DNA of 64,000 nucleotides, taken from Candidatus Saccharimonadota bacterium (GTDB lineage: Bacteria; Patescibacteriota; Saccharimonadia; Saccharimonadales; Saccharimonadaceae). This document shows, one piece after another, positions 39,302 to 49,687 of this stretch; the first letter of the stretch is position 1; each line of letters begins with the position of its first letter. Under the pieces are notes generated by a model. That model searched no databases and was not told where the DNA came from. It saw nothing but the letters and a program-made list of their open reading frames with translations. Made by a program: the position numbers and the translations under genes. The stretch spans positions 59,708 through 123,707 of the forward strand of contig JAFQXL010000004.1 in NCBI GenBank assembly GCA_017406985.1, in the 5' to 3' direction.

Positions 39302-40282
39302 CTAATATAAAACTACGTCGGGGAGGATTTTATTATCTTTTTCTGAAGTTTTAGGCGCATAATCGCCAATTTTAAACTGGATATAGTCGATTAGATTATC
39401 AAAATGATCTTCGCTATTTCGGACTAATTGCGTCGCGAGAGCGATAGTCGGCTCGAAGAGCTTAGAACCGAAACGAGTTCGACTTTCGTCGAAAGTTCCA
39501 GCGATATTAAAGAGACCGTTAGTTAAAACACCTTCACGGTCGCCCTGGAGACGCCTTAAGCGGGATTTATTATCTTCGCTCGGTTCTTCAATATAGTCTA
39601 TTAGAGCGTTAGAGAAAGCGACTTCAGCGTCTGCCCGACTATTTCCGAGCGTTCTTAAAGTATTTCCGACATAATAGTCGTTTTGGCTTCCGTCGACAGT
39701 AAAGATTTTCGACAAGTCCTCAATCACATCCGCAGACATTCCGCTTCCTTTTAAAACGGCACGACGATAATCATCTTTTAGGTCTTCAATTTTTCGGGCG
39801 CCGTTTTCCAGCTCGTTCGAGAACGGATTAGTTAAAACTCCTTGATTTTCCTGTTTATAAGGGGAAGGGTATCTTGCGTCGACATAGCTCATTAAAGATT
39901 CTAGGACTTCGCGGTTACTATTTTTCGAGAGGTTAGTTAGACTATCGAAAGAATCTTCAACTTTTTTCGCATTCGGGTTATGAAACTGTTTAAAAATCTT
40001 CGAATATTCGTCGCCAGCGTCGAAAAGGTATCTCGCGTCTCTATCAGCGGTATGTTCTAGCTCATAGATTAAGTCTTTTTCTTTCGTCTCATATCGACGT
40101 TCCGCTTCGGATTTTTCTTGTCTAGATTCAGGTATATCATAAGTATTTCGCTCGGCAATTTCTTGTGTTTTTCGGACAAAATCGTCGTCAGAGAATTCGT
40201 CTTTCAAACTATCCCATTCGCTCGCCGGAGACGGAGCTTCTTCGTCCGCCTCAGAAATAGGGATATGATATATTTCGTTCAT
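39302..40282 (-). CDS. Hypothetical acidic helical protein
   Basis: 326-aa ORF with an extended -10 box 6 nt before ATG; no recognisable family. Confidence 0.65.
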   Translation of the reverse strand: MNEIYHIPISEADEEAPSPASEWDSLKDEFSDDDFVRKTQEIAERNTYDIPESRQEKSEAERRYETKEKDLIYELEHTADRDARYLFDAGDEYSKIFKQFHNPNAKKVEDSFDSLTNLSKNSNREVLESLMSYVDARYPSPYKQENQGVLTNPFSNELENGARKIEDLKDDYRRAVLKGSGMSADVIEDLSKIFTVDGSQNDYYVGNTLRTLGNSRADAEVAFSNALIDYIEEPSEDNKSRLRRLQGDREGVLTNGLFNIAGTFDESRTRFGSKLFEPTIALATQLVRNSEDHFDNLIDYIQFKIGDYAPKTSEKDNKILPDVVLY

Positions 40283-40466
40283 GTCTTCATTATACCATAA
40301 GCTTTATAAAAAGTAAGAAAAATAGCGGGGTCCTGTCACCGCCATAAAGTTCCCCGCCGTGCTCAGACGCGGCTTTACCAAGCCTCTCGCGTGTCCGCGA
40401 ATCGGCTTGGATCCGCTTACCTGCGCGCGGCGGGGTCCCCAAGGCGGTGCCACCCCTCGTGCAATC

Positions 40467-42860
40467 CTAAATTACAACGTTAATTAGTTTTGCTTTTGGC
40501 GGGATAATAACTTTTTTCGGCTCGCCGTTTACAAGATATTTTTTGACGTTTTCCTCCGCTAGGGCAAGGCTCGTAAGTTTATCGGTATCGGCAAGATCGT
40601 CAATCGAAACGGAGAGTTTCGCACGGAGTTTTCCGTTAACTTGGACAACGACCTCGACGACGTCGGCGACAAGCGCAGATTCGTCCCAAGTCGGCCATTC
40701 GTCGTCCGCTTTTAACTCTTCAAGCATTTCCGAAGCGAGGTGCGGAGCGAACGGTTTTAAGAGTTTAGAGAGAATAACTAAATCTTCTCTATTTGCTCCG
40801 TTTTTATAAAGCTCGTTTACAAATTCCATTAAAGCCGCGACCGCGGTGTTAAAGCCGGCGCGATGCATATCTTCGGTCACCTTTTTCGCGGTTTTATTTC
40901 GAATTACGAGATTAGTTTTTTCGTCCGCCTCTTTTTCAGGATTAAAGACGAGGTTAAAACAGCGATTTAAGAAGCGATAGACTCCACCGATAGCCTTCGT
41001 TGACCAAGCAGCATCTTCGTTATATGGACCAATAAAGAGTTCGTAAGTTCTTAAGGTATCGGCGCCATAGCCAGAATCGATTACATCGAGCGGATCAATT
41101 ACATTTCCCTTAGACTTAGACATTTTTTTACCGTCCGGGGCGTTAATATAGCCATTATAGAGAAGCCTTTTAATCGGTTCTCTAAACGGAAGATAGCCCT
41201 CGTCCGCAAAGAACTTACACCAGAAACGAATATAGAGAAGATGCGCAACAGCGTGGTCTCCGCCACAATAAATGTCGGTTGGCGCCCAATATTTAATTTC
41301 TTCCGGGTCCCAAGCAGCGGTTTCACAATCTGGCGAAACATAGCGCCAGAGATACCAGCTTGAGCAGGCGTAGCCGTCGAGCGTATCGGTTTCACGAGTC
41401 ATTTCTTCGCCGTCGATTGTCACTTTAAGCCAGTCTTTCGCTTTTGCGAGAGCGGAACGACCGGTCGAATCTGGTTTATAATCTTCAACTTCAGGGTGGA
41501 TTACTGGAAGCTGATATTCTGGGATGGCGTGCGGGTTTCCGTCTTTATCATAAGCAATCGGAATCGGACAGCCCCAATAACGCTGACGAGAAATGAGCCA
41601 GTCGCGCATTTTATAGGTAACTTTCATTTTGCCGATACCCATTTCTTCGAGCCAACTAACAATTCCCTCTCTTGCGTCGGTCGATTCAACACCATTAAAG
41701 CGGTCAGAGTTAATTAGTTTTCCTTCGCCGTGATAACATTTTTCGGTTACGTCGTCCGGTTTTTCGATAACCTCGATAACCGGTAAGTCAAATTTATTCG
41801 CAAATTCAAAGTCGCGCTCGTCATGCGCCGGAACCGCCATAATCGCGCCCTCGCCATAGCCCATTAAGACGTAATCGGAAACCCAAATCGGAATTTTCTT
41901 TCCGGTCGCCGGATTAATCGCGTAAGCGCCGGTAAAGACGCCGGTTTTCTCTTTATTTTCTTGACGCTCAATTTCTGATTTTTTAATCGCGGTTTTACAG
42001 TAGTCGAGGACTTTTTCTTTACAGTCTTCGCTCATAATTTTCGAAATCATCGGATGTTCCGGAGCGAGGACAAGGAAAGTTGCGCCAAAGAGCGTATCGG
42101 GACGGGTAGTAAAGACTTTAATAAACTGATTTTTATCATTTTCAATCTCAAAGCTAATTTCCGCCCCCTCGCTTCGTCCAATCCAGTTTTTCTGAGCAGT
42201 CTTAATTTTTTCTGGCCAATCGAGGCTGTCGATTTCGGAGAGAAGCTCGTCGGCGTAGGCGGTAATCTTAAAGAACCACTGTTTCATTTTCTTCTTCTCG
42301 ACCTCAGTTCCACAGCGCCAACAATGTCCATTCTCGACTTGCTCATTTGCAAGGACGGTCTGATCGACCGGACACCACCACTGATAACTCTCTTTCTGAT
42401 AAGCTAAGCCTTTTTCAAAGAGTTTTAAGAAACACCACTGAGTCCATTTATAATATTTCGGATCGCTTGTGTTAATTTCTCTTGACCAGTCAATCGCAAA
42501 GCCAAGGCGCTTTGCCTGTTTGCGGAAGTTGTCGATATTTTGTTTAGTCGCGACCTCAGGGGAAATTCCGGTTTTAATCGCATAATTTTCCGCCGGAAGG
42601 CCAAAAGTATCATAGCCGAACGGGCGTAAAACGTCGAGACGTTGTTGAGTATAAAAGCGAGTCAAAGCGTCGACGATACTAAAGTTTCGGACGTGGCCAA
42701 CGTGTAATCCGGCGCCAGACGGATATGGAAACATCTCGGCAAGAAACATTTTCTGGACCGGTTTATCAGATTTTTTAGACTTTTTCGCCTTAAATTCCTG
42801 ATTTTCCTCCCAGATTTTCTGCCATTTTTCTTCAATTTTAATTGGATCATATTTTTTCAT
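40467..42860 (-). CDS. leuS: Leucine--tRNA ligase
   Basis: 'MFPYPSG..LHVGH', 'DWLISRQRYWG', 'KMSKSKGN'. Confidence 0.97.
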   Translation of the reverse strand: MKKYDPIKIEEKWQKIWEENQEFKAKKSKKSDKPVQKMFLAEMFPYPSGAGLHVGHVRNFSIVDALTRFYTQQRLDVLRPFGYDTFGLPAENYAIKTGISPEVATKQNIDNFRKQAKRLGFAIDWSREINTSDPKYYKWTQWCFLKLFEKGLAYQKESYQWWCPVDQTVLANEQVENGHCWRCGTEVEKKKMKQWFFKITAYADELLSEIDSLDWPEKIKTAQKNWIGRSEGAEISFEIENDKNQFIKVFTTRPDTLFGATFLVLAPEHPMISKIMSEDCKEKVLDYCKTAIKKSEIERQENKEKTGVFTGAYAINPATGKKIPIWVSDYVLMGYGEGAIMAVPAHDERDFEFANKFDLPVIEVIEKPDDVTEKCYHGEGKLINSDRFNGVESTDAREGIVSWLEEMGIGKMKVTYKMRDWLISRQRYWGCPIPIAYDKDGNPHAIPEYQLPVIHPEVEDYKPDSTGRSALAKAKDWLKVTIDGEEMTRETDTLDGYACSSWYLWRYVSPDCETAAWDPEEIKYWAPTDIYCGGDHAVAHLLYIRFWCKFFADEGYLPFREPIKRLLYNGYINAPDGKKMSKSKGNVIDPLDVIDSGYGADTLRTYELFIGPYNEDAAWSTKAIGGVYRFLNRCFNLVFNPEKEADEKTNLVIRNKTAKKVTEDMHRAGFNTAVAALMEFVNELYKNGANREDLVILSKLLKPFAPHLASEMLEELKADDEWPTWDESALVADVVEVVVQVNGKLRAKLSVSIDDLADTDKLTSLALAEENVKKYLVNGEPKKVIIPPKAKLINVVI

Positions 42861-42869
42861 AATTTCTCC

Positions 42870-43400
42870 CTAACTTTCTTCTGCTAATATTTTATAGAGT
42901 GCGATTCCGGTCGCGACCGAGACGTTAAAGCTTTCTTTTCTTCCTTTCATCGGTATTTCAAGGAAAACGTCGATTAGGTCATATAGGTCTTCTGATATTC
43001 CGTTTACTTCCTCCCCGAGGAGGAGCGCGGTTTTATTTCCGAAAGTTGCGGCTCTTCCCAAAGTCGATTGTAGTTCAGGAGAGTTTAGCTTTTTCTTTCG
43101 CCGGTCTTTAATATTATTTTCAAGACCGATTATCCGATATTTTTCGCTTTTTAGTTCTTCCAAGGCTTCTCTAACGTTATTTGTATATTCAGTTTTTAGA
43201 TAGTCTTCGGCGCCAAGAGCGGTTTTATGAATCGAGTCTTTAATTTTTTCTCTTATATGCGGTAAATAAGTCGGGTTACCAGGACAAGGGGTGTAGCCAC
43301 TAAAAATCACGCGCTCCACGCCAAAGCCTTCGGCGGTACGTAAAATAGCGCCGACGTTATAGAGAGAGCGGATATTATGCACGATAACTACACACTTCAT
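42870..43400 (-). CDS. SpoU/TrmH-family RNA methyltransferase
   Basis: 'HNIRSLYNVGAILRTA', 'GEEVNG', 'IPMKGRKESFNVSVA'. Confidence 0.9.
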   Translation of the reverse strand: MKCVVIVHNIRSLYNVGAILRTAEGFGVERVIFSGYTPCPGNPTYLPHIREKIKDSIHKTALGAEDYLKTEYTNNVREALEELKSEKYRIIGLENNIKDRRKKKLNSPELQSTLGRAATFGNKTALLLGEEVNGISEDLYDLIDVFLEIPMKGRKESFNVSVATGIALYKILAEES

Positions 43401-43430
43401 TATCTTATATTATAACATATAAGAGAAGAA

Positions 43431-44168
43431 TTAGATATGTTTATAGCCGGAGTCATAAATTGATTCGTCGACTTTAACGTGACCGATTTTATTCGCCGCT
43501 TTTACAATATCGTTAATATCGTCCGTCAGTTTAACCAGTTTTAAATCTGAAGCCTTAACCATACCTTCCGCAACCAGCTTCTTTTCCCAGTAACGATAAA
43601 GTGGTTTCCAATAAGCCTTCCCGACTAGAAAAATCGGCATTTTTGGCATTTTATCCTCTTGCATTAAAATCATTACTTCCGACAATTCATCAAGGGTTCC
43701 GAATCCGCCCGGGAAAAGCGCGTATGCTTTCGATGCCATCACAAGCATCACTTTACGCGTAAAGAAGTATCTAAAAGTCATTGTGTCGGTTAGATAAGGG
43801 TTCGGGAATTGTTCATGGTCGAGAGCGATATTTAGCCCGACGCTTCGTCCGCCATACTCAAAGGCACCTCTGTTCGCCGCTTCCATAATCCCCGGACCGC
43901 CACCGGTAATCACGGTATGTCCGTTTTCGGCAAGAAGATTTCCAAGCTTCCTTGCGAGATTATAATATTTACTATCTTCCGGAACGCGAGCGGAACCAAA
44001 AATCGTTACTCCTTGAGAGAAAGTTCGAAGGAGCTTCATGCCTCGACCAAGATCGATCGCATATTTTAGCGCGCGTTTAGCATCTTCTTCATGTAGACCA
44101 TATTGCATAAAGAAAGGAATTTGTTTTTGTAATTCCTCTTCTGTCATTTCCATATTATGATTATTCAT
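43431..44168 (-). CDS. LOG-family protein (TIGR00730-like)
   Basis: 'TIFGSAR', 'TGGGPGIMEAANRGA', 'PGGFGTLDE'. Confidence 0.9.
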   Translation of the reverse strand: MNNHNMEMTEEELQKQIPFFMQYGLHEEDAKRALKYAIDLGRGMKLLRTFSQGVTIFGSARVPEDSKYYNLARKLGNLLAENGHTVITGGGPGIMEAANRGAFEYGGRSVGLNIALDHEQFPNPYLTDTMTFRYFFTRKVMLVMASKAYALFPGGFGTLDELSEVMILMQEDKMPKMPIFLVGKAYWKPLYRYWEKKLVAEGMVKASDLKLVKLTDDINDIVKAANKIGHVKVDESIYDSGYKHI

Positions 44169-44333
44169 ATAGTTATTATAACATAAGCAGTATTTTCAAG
44201 CGAAAAAGCTAAACTTGCAAAAATATGAAAAACGTGTTATTATATAGATATAGGGCTAAATAGCCTAAAGCACACGGAACTGGGGGGGTTAAAACCCCTA
44301 CGACTAGTACATTTCATTAAGGAGGAAGGTTAT

Positions 44334-45053
44334 ATGAAGATTAACCTGAACAAGTTGCATGTAAAGCCTATCACTACGTCTGTTCTGTTTCAGACTCCCC
44401 ACGTCCCCGCGGAGGCATTAAGAGATGCCGACGAGGGAATCAAGATTTTGGAGAGGTTCGTAACAGAGATGCTCGAACACGGATGCCAGCCGGATTCGCT
44501 TCAGATCGAGGAGCTTTCCAATATGATTGGAGCCGATTTGAAGAAAGCGAAGGACAGCATCAAGCACGCCCAGAAGGTAGCGTATCGCTATTATGACGGG
44601 ACGTTCGACAAGCCGGCGCCGGTTTCGCCGGAGAAGTTGCTCTATGTTTTAGGAGCGATTCTGATTGCGGAAGATGGTCGGATGAGCGATGATGTCGTTC
44701 AATATACAGTTCGGACGTCGATGGACATGTATTTCGACCTGTCCGCGCTGGAGACGCCGAGCGACTTTGCTTGTTTCGTTTTCCTGATCGAGTATTTCGA
44801 GACTTGTCTTTCAAGCAAGAGGATTCCGTTTACGCCGTATCTTAGGAAGTATAGTAAGAACAATCCTTTCGTCTCCGATCGTCGGTTAGCGACGTTTCTT
44901 CGGAAGAACTGGTGGTATGGAGACGAAGAAGAGACGTCAGATCTCTTCATGCTAAGTACGACGACGCCGAGTTCAGCTAGTGTCGCAGGAGCGATGCTCG
45001 AGAATCTGAACAGATTTAAAGCAGACACAGAAGAGCAGAACTTTGAGGCTTAA
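44334..45053 (+). CDS. Hypothetical protein
   Basis: 239-aa ORF with SD aaggagg; no recognisable family. Confidence 0.65.
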   Translation: MKINLNKLHVKPITTSVLFQTPHVPAEALRDADEGIKILERFVTEMLEHGCQPDSLQIEELSNMIGADLKKAKDSIKHAQKVAYRYYDGTFDKPAPVSPEKLLYVLGAILIAEDGRMSDDVVQYTVRTSMDMYFDLSALETPSDFACFVFLIEYFETCLSSKRIPFTPYLRKYSKNNPFVSDRRLATFLRKNWWYGDEEETSDLFMLSTTTPSSASVAGAMLENLNRFKADTEEQNFEA

Positions 45054-45126
45054 AGCGCGCAACTTTTCCTCAAAAACCCCGCTACGAAATCTGTAGCGGG
45101 GTATTTTTGTTGCGTTTTTACGCGAA

Positions 45127-45606
45127 TTATGCTCTCGCAAAGTGAGCGAAGGCGCGGTTCGCTTCAGCCATACGATGGCAATCTTCCTTCTTCTTGAAGG
45201 CAGCGCCAGCTTCGTTATAAGCATCGACGATTTCCGCCTGTAAGCGCTTCTCGTAAGGCATTCCCGAGCGAGCACGGGCAGACTGGACTAGCCAAGAAAA
45301 GGCAAAGTGAAGCTGTCTATGTCCCGAAATTGGGAATGGAATCTGGTAGTTCGCACCACCGACACGACGAGATTTAACCTCGAAGTCCGGAGAAACGTTA
45401 GCAATAGCTTTTTCAAGAACCTCGACCGGATTTTCCGATTTAAGCTCTTTTGCGGCGCCTTCAATAGCAGCATAAACCGCACGTTCAGCGACCTGTTTTT
45501 TACCGTCTAGCATCGATTTATTGATTAATCTTTGGACTAAAATCGACTGATATTTACGATCTGGATTAACTTTTCTCTCAAGAGAGGTAGTAGTTTTTCT
45601 AGGCAT
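45127..45606 (-). CDS. rpsG: 30S ribosomal protein S7
   Basis: 'SRRVGGANYQ', 'HRMAEANRAFAH'. Confidence 0.97.
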   Translation of the reverse strand: MPRKTTTSLERKVNPDRKYQSILVQRLINKSMLDGKKQVAERAVYAAIEGAAKELKSENPVEVLEKAIANVSPDFEVKSRRVGGANYQIPFPISGHRQLHFAFSWLVQSARARSGMPYEKRLQAEIVDAYNEAGAAFKKKEDCHRMAEANRAFAHFARA

Positions 45607-46019
45607 TACTTATCCTCCTTCTTAGCACCGTATTTCGAACGGCCCTGTTTACGACCCTGAACACCTTGAAGATCAAGGGTTCCACGGACGATATGGTAGC
45701 GGACACCCGGAAGGTCAGGGACACGACCACCACGAACAAGCACAACTGCGTGTTCCTGAAGGTTATGACCTTCGCCACCGATATAAGCCCAAACTTCCTG
45801 TCCGTTAGTTAAGCGGACGCGAGCAACTTTACGAAGAGCCGAGTTCGGTTTCTTCGGGGTTTTTGTAGTAACTTTAATACAGACACCACGTTTTAGAGGT
45901 GCTGGTTGATCGTAATACTTAGTTTTAAGAGTATTAACAATCGAGCCAAGAGCCGGAGCTTTCGACTTTTTTGCCGCCTTATGACGAGGCTTTCGAATCA
46001 ACTGATTGATTGTTGGCAT
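45606..46019 (-). CDS. rpsL: 30S ribosomal protein S12
   Basis: 'MPTINQL', '[16 protein letters not shown]', 'DLPGVRYH'. Confidence 0.98.
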   Translation of the reverse strand: MPTINQLIRKPRHKAAKKSKAPALGSIVNTLKTKYYDQPAPLKRGVCIKVTTKTPKKPNSALRKVARVRLTNGQEVWAYIGGEGHNLQEHAVVLVRGGRVPDLPGVRYHIVRGTLDLQGVQGRKQGRSKYGAKKEDK

Positions 46020-46190
46020 TTATTTTCCTCTTTAATTAACTTTAATAATTGCGAAATGTTCAGATTAAACACTTCGCCCGTTCGACAACTGGATGGGTTG
46101 TCTTTACTAGTTTTCTTACAGCAATAAAAACTAGTTTGAAACTCTTAAGATTATCTTATCATATTCTTCAGAAAAATTCAAGAGAAGCGC

Positions 46191-47000
46191 CTATTTAGTC
46201 GCCTTTTTAAAAGCTTTTTTATAGATATTTTTCGCGATTTGATAGTTTTCTTTTGACTGTCCGCCGAAATAACTTAAGGAAACGGAAGAATTTACCTCTA
46301 AAATCTCTAGACCTAAGTCCGCAGTTTCGACAATGTCGACGCTAGAAAACTCGAGTTTTAAGGCTTTTGTCGCGCGTTTCGCGAGAGCTTCGAGTTTCTG
46401 ATAATTCTTGTCTTTTTCGGTTAAGACTTTCGACTTTGCGCCGAGACAGAGATTATGTCTAAAATCGTCGCTAGTTCTAATTTTATCAAAAATTAGCTCG
46501 ACTTTTCCGCTTAAAACGATTACGCGATATTCATGTTCAATAACACGAAACGGGGATAAAACGACCTCGTCATTACGGATAAAGAGAGTTTTTAATAACT
46601 TTTTTAAGTCACGTTTTCTCGAAACTAACTCGACACCGATTCCGGAAGAGCCTTCCGCCGGCTTAATAACGAGCGGCCAGCCCTCGCGTTTTATAACCGC
46701 GTTTTCTCGTTTTTCATTACGCTTTTTCTGGTCTCCGAAGAAATTATAAGTTTCTGGATTATAAATCCCGAAATGCGGGACGACGGGGAGGTTATTACGC
46801 TTTAAAACAGCATAAGTTTGACCTTTGTTCGAACAGAGCTGGCTAGAGAGAGCCGAGTTTAAACCGAAGTTTCGCCCCCTAAAATAAAGTTTTTTATTTC
46901 CCTTTTTCAGCTCAAAAACATTATCTAAAACGCGAGACAGATTATAGCCGTTTTCTTTAGCGATTTCGGATAACATTTTATAAAAAGAAGCTAATTTCAT
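46191..47000 (-). CDS. RimK-like ATP-grasp protein
   Basis: 'PLVIKPAEGSSGIGV', 'EYRVIV', 'ILEVNS'. Confidence 0.8.
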   Translation of the reverse strand: MKLASFYKMLSEIAKENGYNLSRVLDNVFELKKGNKKLYFRGRNFGLNSALSSQLCSNKGQTYAVLKRNNLPVVPHFGIYNPETYNFFGDQKKRNEKRENAVIKREGWPLVIKPAEGSSGIGVELVSRKRDLKKLLKTLFIRNDEVVLSPFRVIEHEYRVIVLSGKVELIFDKIRTSDDFRHNLCLGAKSKVLTEKDKNYQKLEALAKRATKALKLEFSSVDIVETADLGLEILEVNSSVSLSYFGGQSKENYQIAKNIYKKAFKKATK

Positions 47001-47007
47001 ATTTTCC

Positions 47008-48510
47008 TTAAAGTAGTGGCGCGAAGAGCCTTAAAATTGCTTGCCAAGAAGCCTTGAATATACCGGTTTTAACGTCTTTATCTTCTAAAATCTTACAGTC
47101 TTTAAAAGTATCTTCAAAATCCTTTTTCATAGCCTTAATTTCCGAGACGTTCTCGAGATAAACGCCGTTTTCAAAATGGAGATAGAGACTACGATAATCG
47201 AGGTTGATCGTTCCGACGACGGCGCGTTTATCGTCGACAACAAACATTTTTGCGTGGACAAAGCCTTTTTTATAAATATGAATCTTAACGCCGTTTTTAT
47301 GAAGAACCTCGAAGAAAGAGGTGGTCAGAGTATAGACCAGTTTTTTATCCGGTATTCCGGGGACGACGATATTTACGTCGACACCGCGCTTCGCGGCGCG
47401 AATTAAAGCGTTCTCCATATCTGTATCAACGATTAAATATGGCGTCATAATATAGAGATAATCTTTAGCGGAGTTAATCATGTTTATATAAACATCTTCG
47501 CCGATTAGCTCGTCATAAACCGGAGAGAGACCATAAGGAAGAACGAGTCCGTCTTCAGTATTTACGGTCGATTTTATAAGATATTTTTCATAGCTAGAGT
47601 CGGTTTTTAAATTCGCGTTCCAGAGATTCAAGAACATAACTGTAAGATTTAAAATCGCTCCGCCCTCGATTTTAATCGCGTTATCTTTCCAAGTTCCGAA
47701 ACGGCTAACCTCGTTAATATATTCGTCGGCAAGATTTAGGCCGCCGGAAAAAGCGACTTTTCCGTCGATAATTGTCATTTTCCTGTGGTCGCGATTATTC
47801 ATGAATAACCCCTTAAGCGGACTAATTTTATTAAACGGGATACATTTTATACCGAATTTCCCTAAAACTTTCGGGAAATTTTCCGGAAGCATCGATAAAC
47901 TTCCGACATCGTCATAAATTAAGCGAACCTCGACGCCTTCCTTAGCTTTTTCTTTTAAGATCTCCAGAATCCCGCGCCACATTTTCCCGTCGTCGATAAT
48001 GAAATATTCCATAAAGATAAACTTTTTCGCTTTTTTCAGCTCTTTTAGATATTCTAGATAAAACTTTTCGCCAAAATCATAATAAATGACTTTATTATTC
48101 TTCGTAACGGGATAATTCGTGTTATTAACTAGATAGTTTAAGACGTCGAGATTTTCTCGCTTAATTTCTTTTTTGATTTTTTCGTCTTGAACTAGATAAT
48201 TTTTATTCTTTTTCTCTTCTTTAATAATGTTATTAAAAAGCTGGCTCGTTTTTAGGTTCGACCTAGTGATTAAAAAGAGGACAGTTCCGAAAATCGGAAA
48301 GACGAGAATTAAGATAATCCAGGGGATGTCGTTCGAGAGTTTTCGGCTGTCGCGGATAATATTTAGGACGACGAAAGCGCCGATTATATCGAGGAAGGCC
48401 GAGATTAGCTCGAACTGTTCGTCGAGAAAGAAAAAGACGAATAGCCAGAAGCCGATTTGTAAACCTAACCCAAGCGCCACGATCAACCCGCGGCGAATCG
48501 CCGTATTCAT
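47008..48510 (-). CDS. cls: Cardiolipin synthase
   Basis: Two HKD motifs ('DHRKMTIIDG', 'HAKMFVVD') and N-terminal TMs. Confidence 0.92.
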   Translation of the reverse strand: MNTAIRRGLIVALGLGLQIGFWLFVFFFLDEQFELISAFLDIIGAFVVLNIIRDSRKLSNDIPWIILILVFPIFGTVLFLITRSNLKTSQLFNNIIKEEKKNKNYLVQDEKIKKEIKRENLDVLNYLVNNTNYPVTKNNKVIYYDFGEKFYLEYLKELKKAKKFIFMEYFIIDDGKMWRGILEILKEKAKEGVEVRLIYDDVGSLSMLPENFPKVLGKFGIKCIPFNKISPLKGLFMNNRDHRKMTIIDGKVAFSGGLNLADEYINEVSRFGTWKDNAIKIEGGAILNLTVMFLNLWNANLKTDSSYEKYLIKSTVNTEDGLVLPYGLSPVYDELIGEDVYINMINSAKDYLYIMTPYLIVDTDMENALIRAAKRGVDVNIVVPGIPDKKLVYTLTTSFFEVLHKNGVKIHIYKKGFVHAKMFVVDDKRAVVGTINLDYRSLYLHFENGVYLENVSEIKAMKKDFEDTFKDCKILEDKDVKTGIFKASWQAILRLFAPLL

Positions 48511-48639
48511 AGCTTAATTATAACATAAAAACAAGTTTTTTATTTTTATCGACTTCTACGCCGTCCGAACCCTACGGGTTCTCGTGCCACTCCATCTACG
48601 AAATTAAAAAAGAACCCTTCGGGTTCTGTTTTAATTTCG

Positions 48640-48716
48640 TGGTGAGCTGGGAGGGGCTCGAACCCTCGACACCGGGCTTAAAAGGCCCGTGCTCTAACCA
48701 GCTGAGCTACCAGCCC
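48640..48716 (-). tRNA. tRNA-Lys(UUU)
   Basis: Cloverleaf with CGGGC-CTTTTAA-GCCCG anticodon arm and encoded CCA; long terminator-like hairpin at ~48598-48640. Confidence 0.95.
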
Positions 48717-48780
48717 ACAACGAGCGAGTCAATGTCTCGCACGTTAACTATTATACTCTATTTTTCTCGAAAAATCAACC

Positions 48781-49665
48781 CTAGATTTCGATAAGCTCGT
48801 ATTCGCGTGAGCCGAGGCCGAGTTTTTCGGCGTATGGAAGGATTTCGCGGCCGAGACGAGAATCAATACGCTCCTTTAATTTCTCAGCACCAGAATCTTT
48901 CGAGTTCCAAACCATATCGATAAATGCTTGGTCATTCGCGACCGGATCGAGCGAAGCGACAATACCTAAATCTTCCATCACTGGATCATCTTGGTTCGCG
49001 TCGCAGTCACAAGAAGTCGAAATCGCGTTCATAACCGTAATATAAATAATCTGTTTTCCTTGAGACTTTACATAGTCCGCGACCGCCGTCGCCGCTTCCG
49101 CCATAGATTCAATAAAATCAATTTGTTCATGCTCGTCAGACCAACAAGCGTCTGGATCTTCAGTATGGCCGGCGGAATGGATATAAGCTTTACCATTTCT
49201 TGAAGCGATACCGATTGACTGGTTTTTTAAGTTTGCGCCGAAACCGCCCATCATGTGTCCTTTAGCGTGCGCAAGGTTAATATAAGAATCGTAATTATCC
49301 CAGTTTTTACCGATTAAGTCATACTTTAAGTGTTTACCGTTTTTAACCGGAATCTTTATTTCGCCATCCGCGTCCATAATATCGACATTAGCAAAGCTCA
49401 TAAACCCATGCTCCTCGGCAACTTTAAGGTGATCTGAGGCGGTGTTTCGCGCACCTGGATAAGCAGTATTACATTCTAGAATCGTTCCGTTTAAACTTTT
49501 CACGAACGGGCCAATTAAATCCGCCTTAAGATAGCCCTTTGCGCCTTTTTCACCGGTCGAGACTTTAACGCCGATTTTTCCAGTTAGTTCAATACCGAGC
49601 GCTCGATAAATCTTCTCGAGACCAGCCGGACTAATTTCCCTTGTAAAATAAACTTTTGAGCTCAT
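48781..49665 (-). CDS. DUF362-family protein
   Basis: 'VKVSTGE', 'ECNTAY', 'LAHAKGHMMGGFGANLKN', 'CDC', 'ASLDPVANDQA'. Confidence 0.8.
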   Translation of the reverse strand: MSSKVYFTREISPAGLEKIYRALGIELTGKIGVKVSTGEKGAKGYLKADLIGPFVKSLNGTILECNTAYPGARNTASDHLKVAEEHGFMSFANVDIMDADGEIKIPVKNGKHLKYDLIGKNWDNYDSYINLAHAKGHMMGGFGANLKNQSIGIASRNGKAYIHSAGHTEDPDACWSDEHEQIDFIESMAEAATAVADYVKSQGKQIIYITVMNAISTSCDCDANQDDPVMEDLGIVASLDPVANDQAFIDMVWNSKDSGAEKLKERIDSRLGREILPYAEKLGLGSREYELIEI

Positions 49666-49687
49666 AATTCTCCTTTTCTATATTATA

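Noticed and set aside
40441-40459. T-box riboswitch (GGGTGGCACCGC-like on the minus strand)
   Set aside because: Lies downstream of leuS rather than upstream; no stem I/specifier or terminator arrangement; a near-identical motif follows rnc
48555-48640. Hairpins downstream of tRNA-Lys as an attachment site or island boundary
   Set aside because: No duplicated tRNA 3' end or integrase in the window; adequately explained as a terminator
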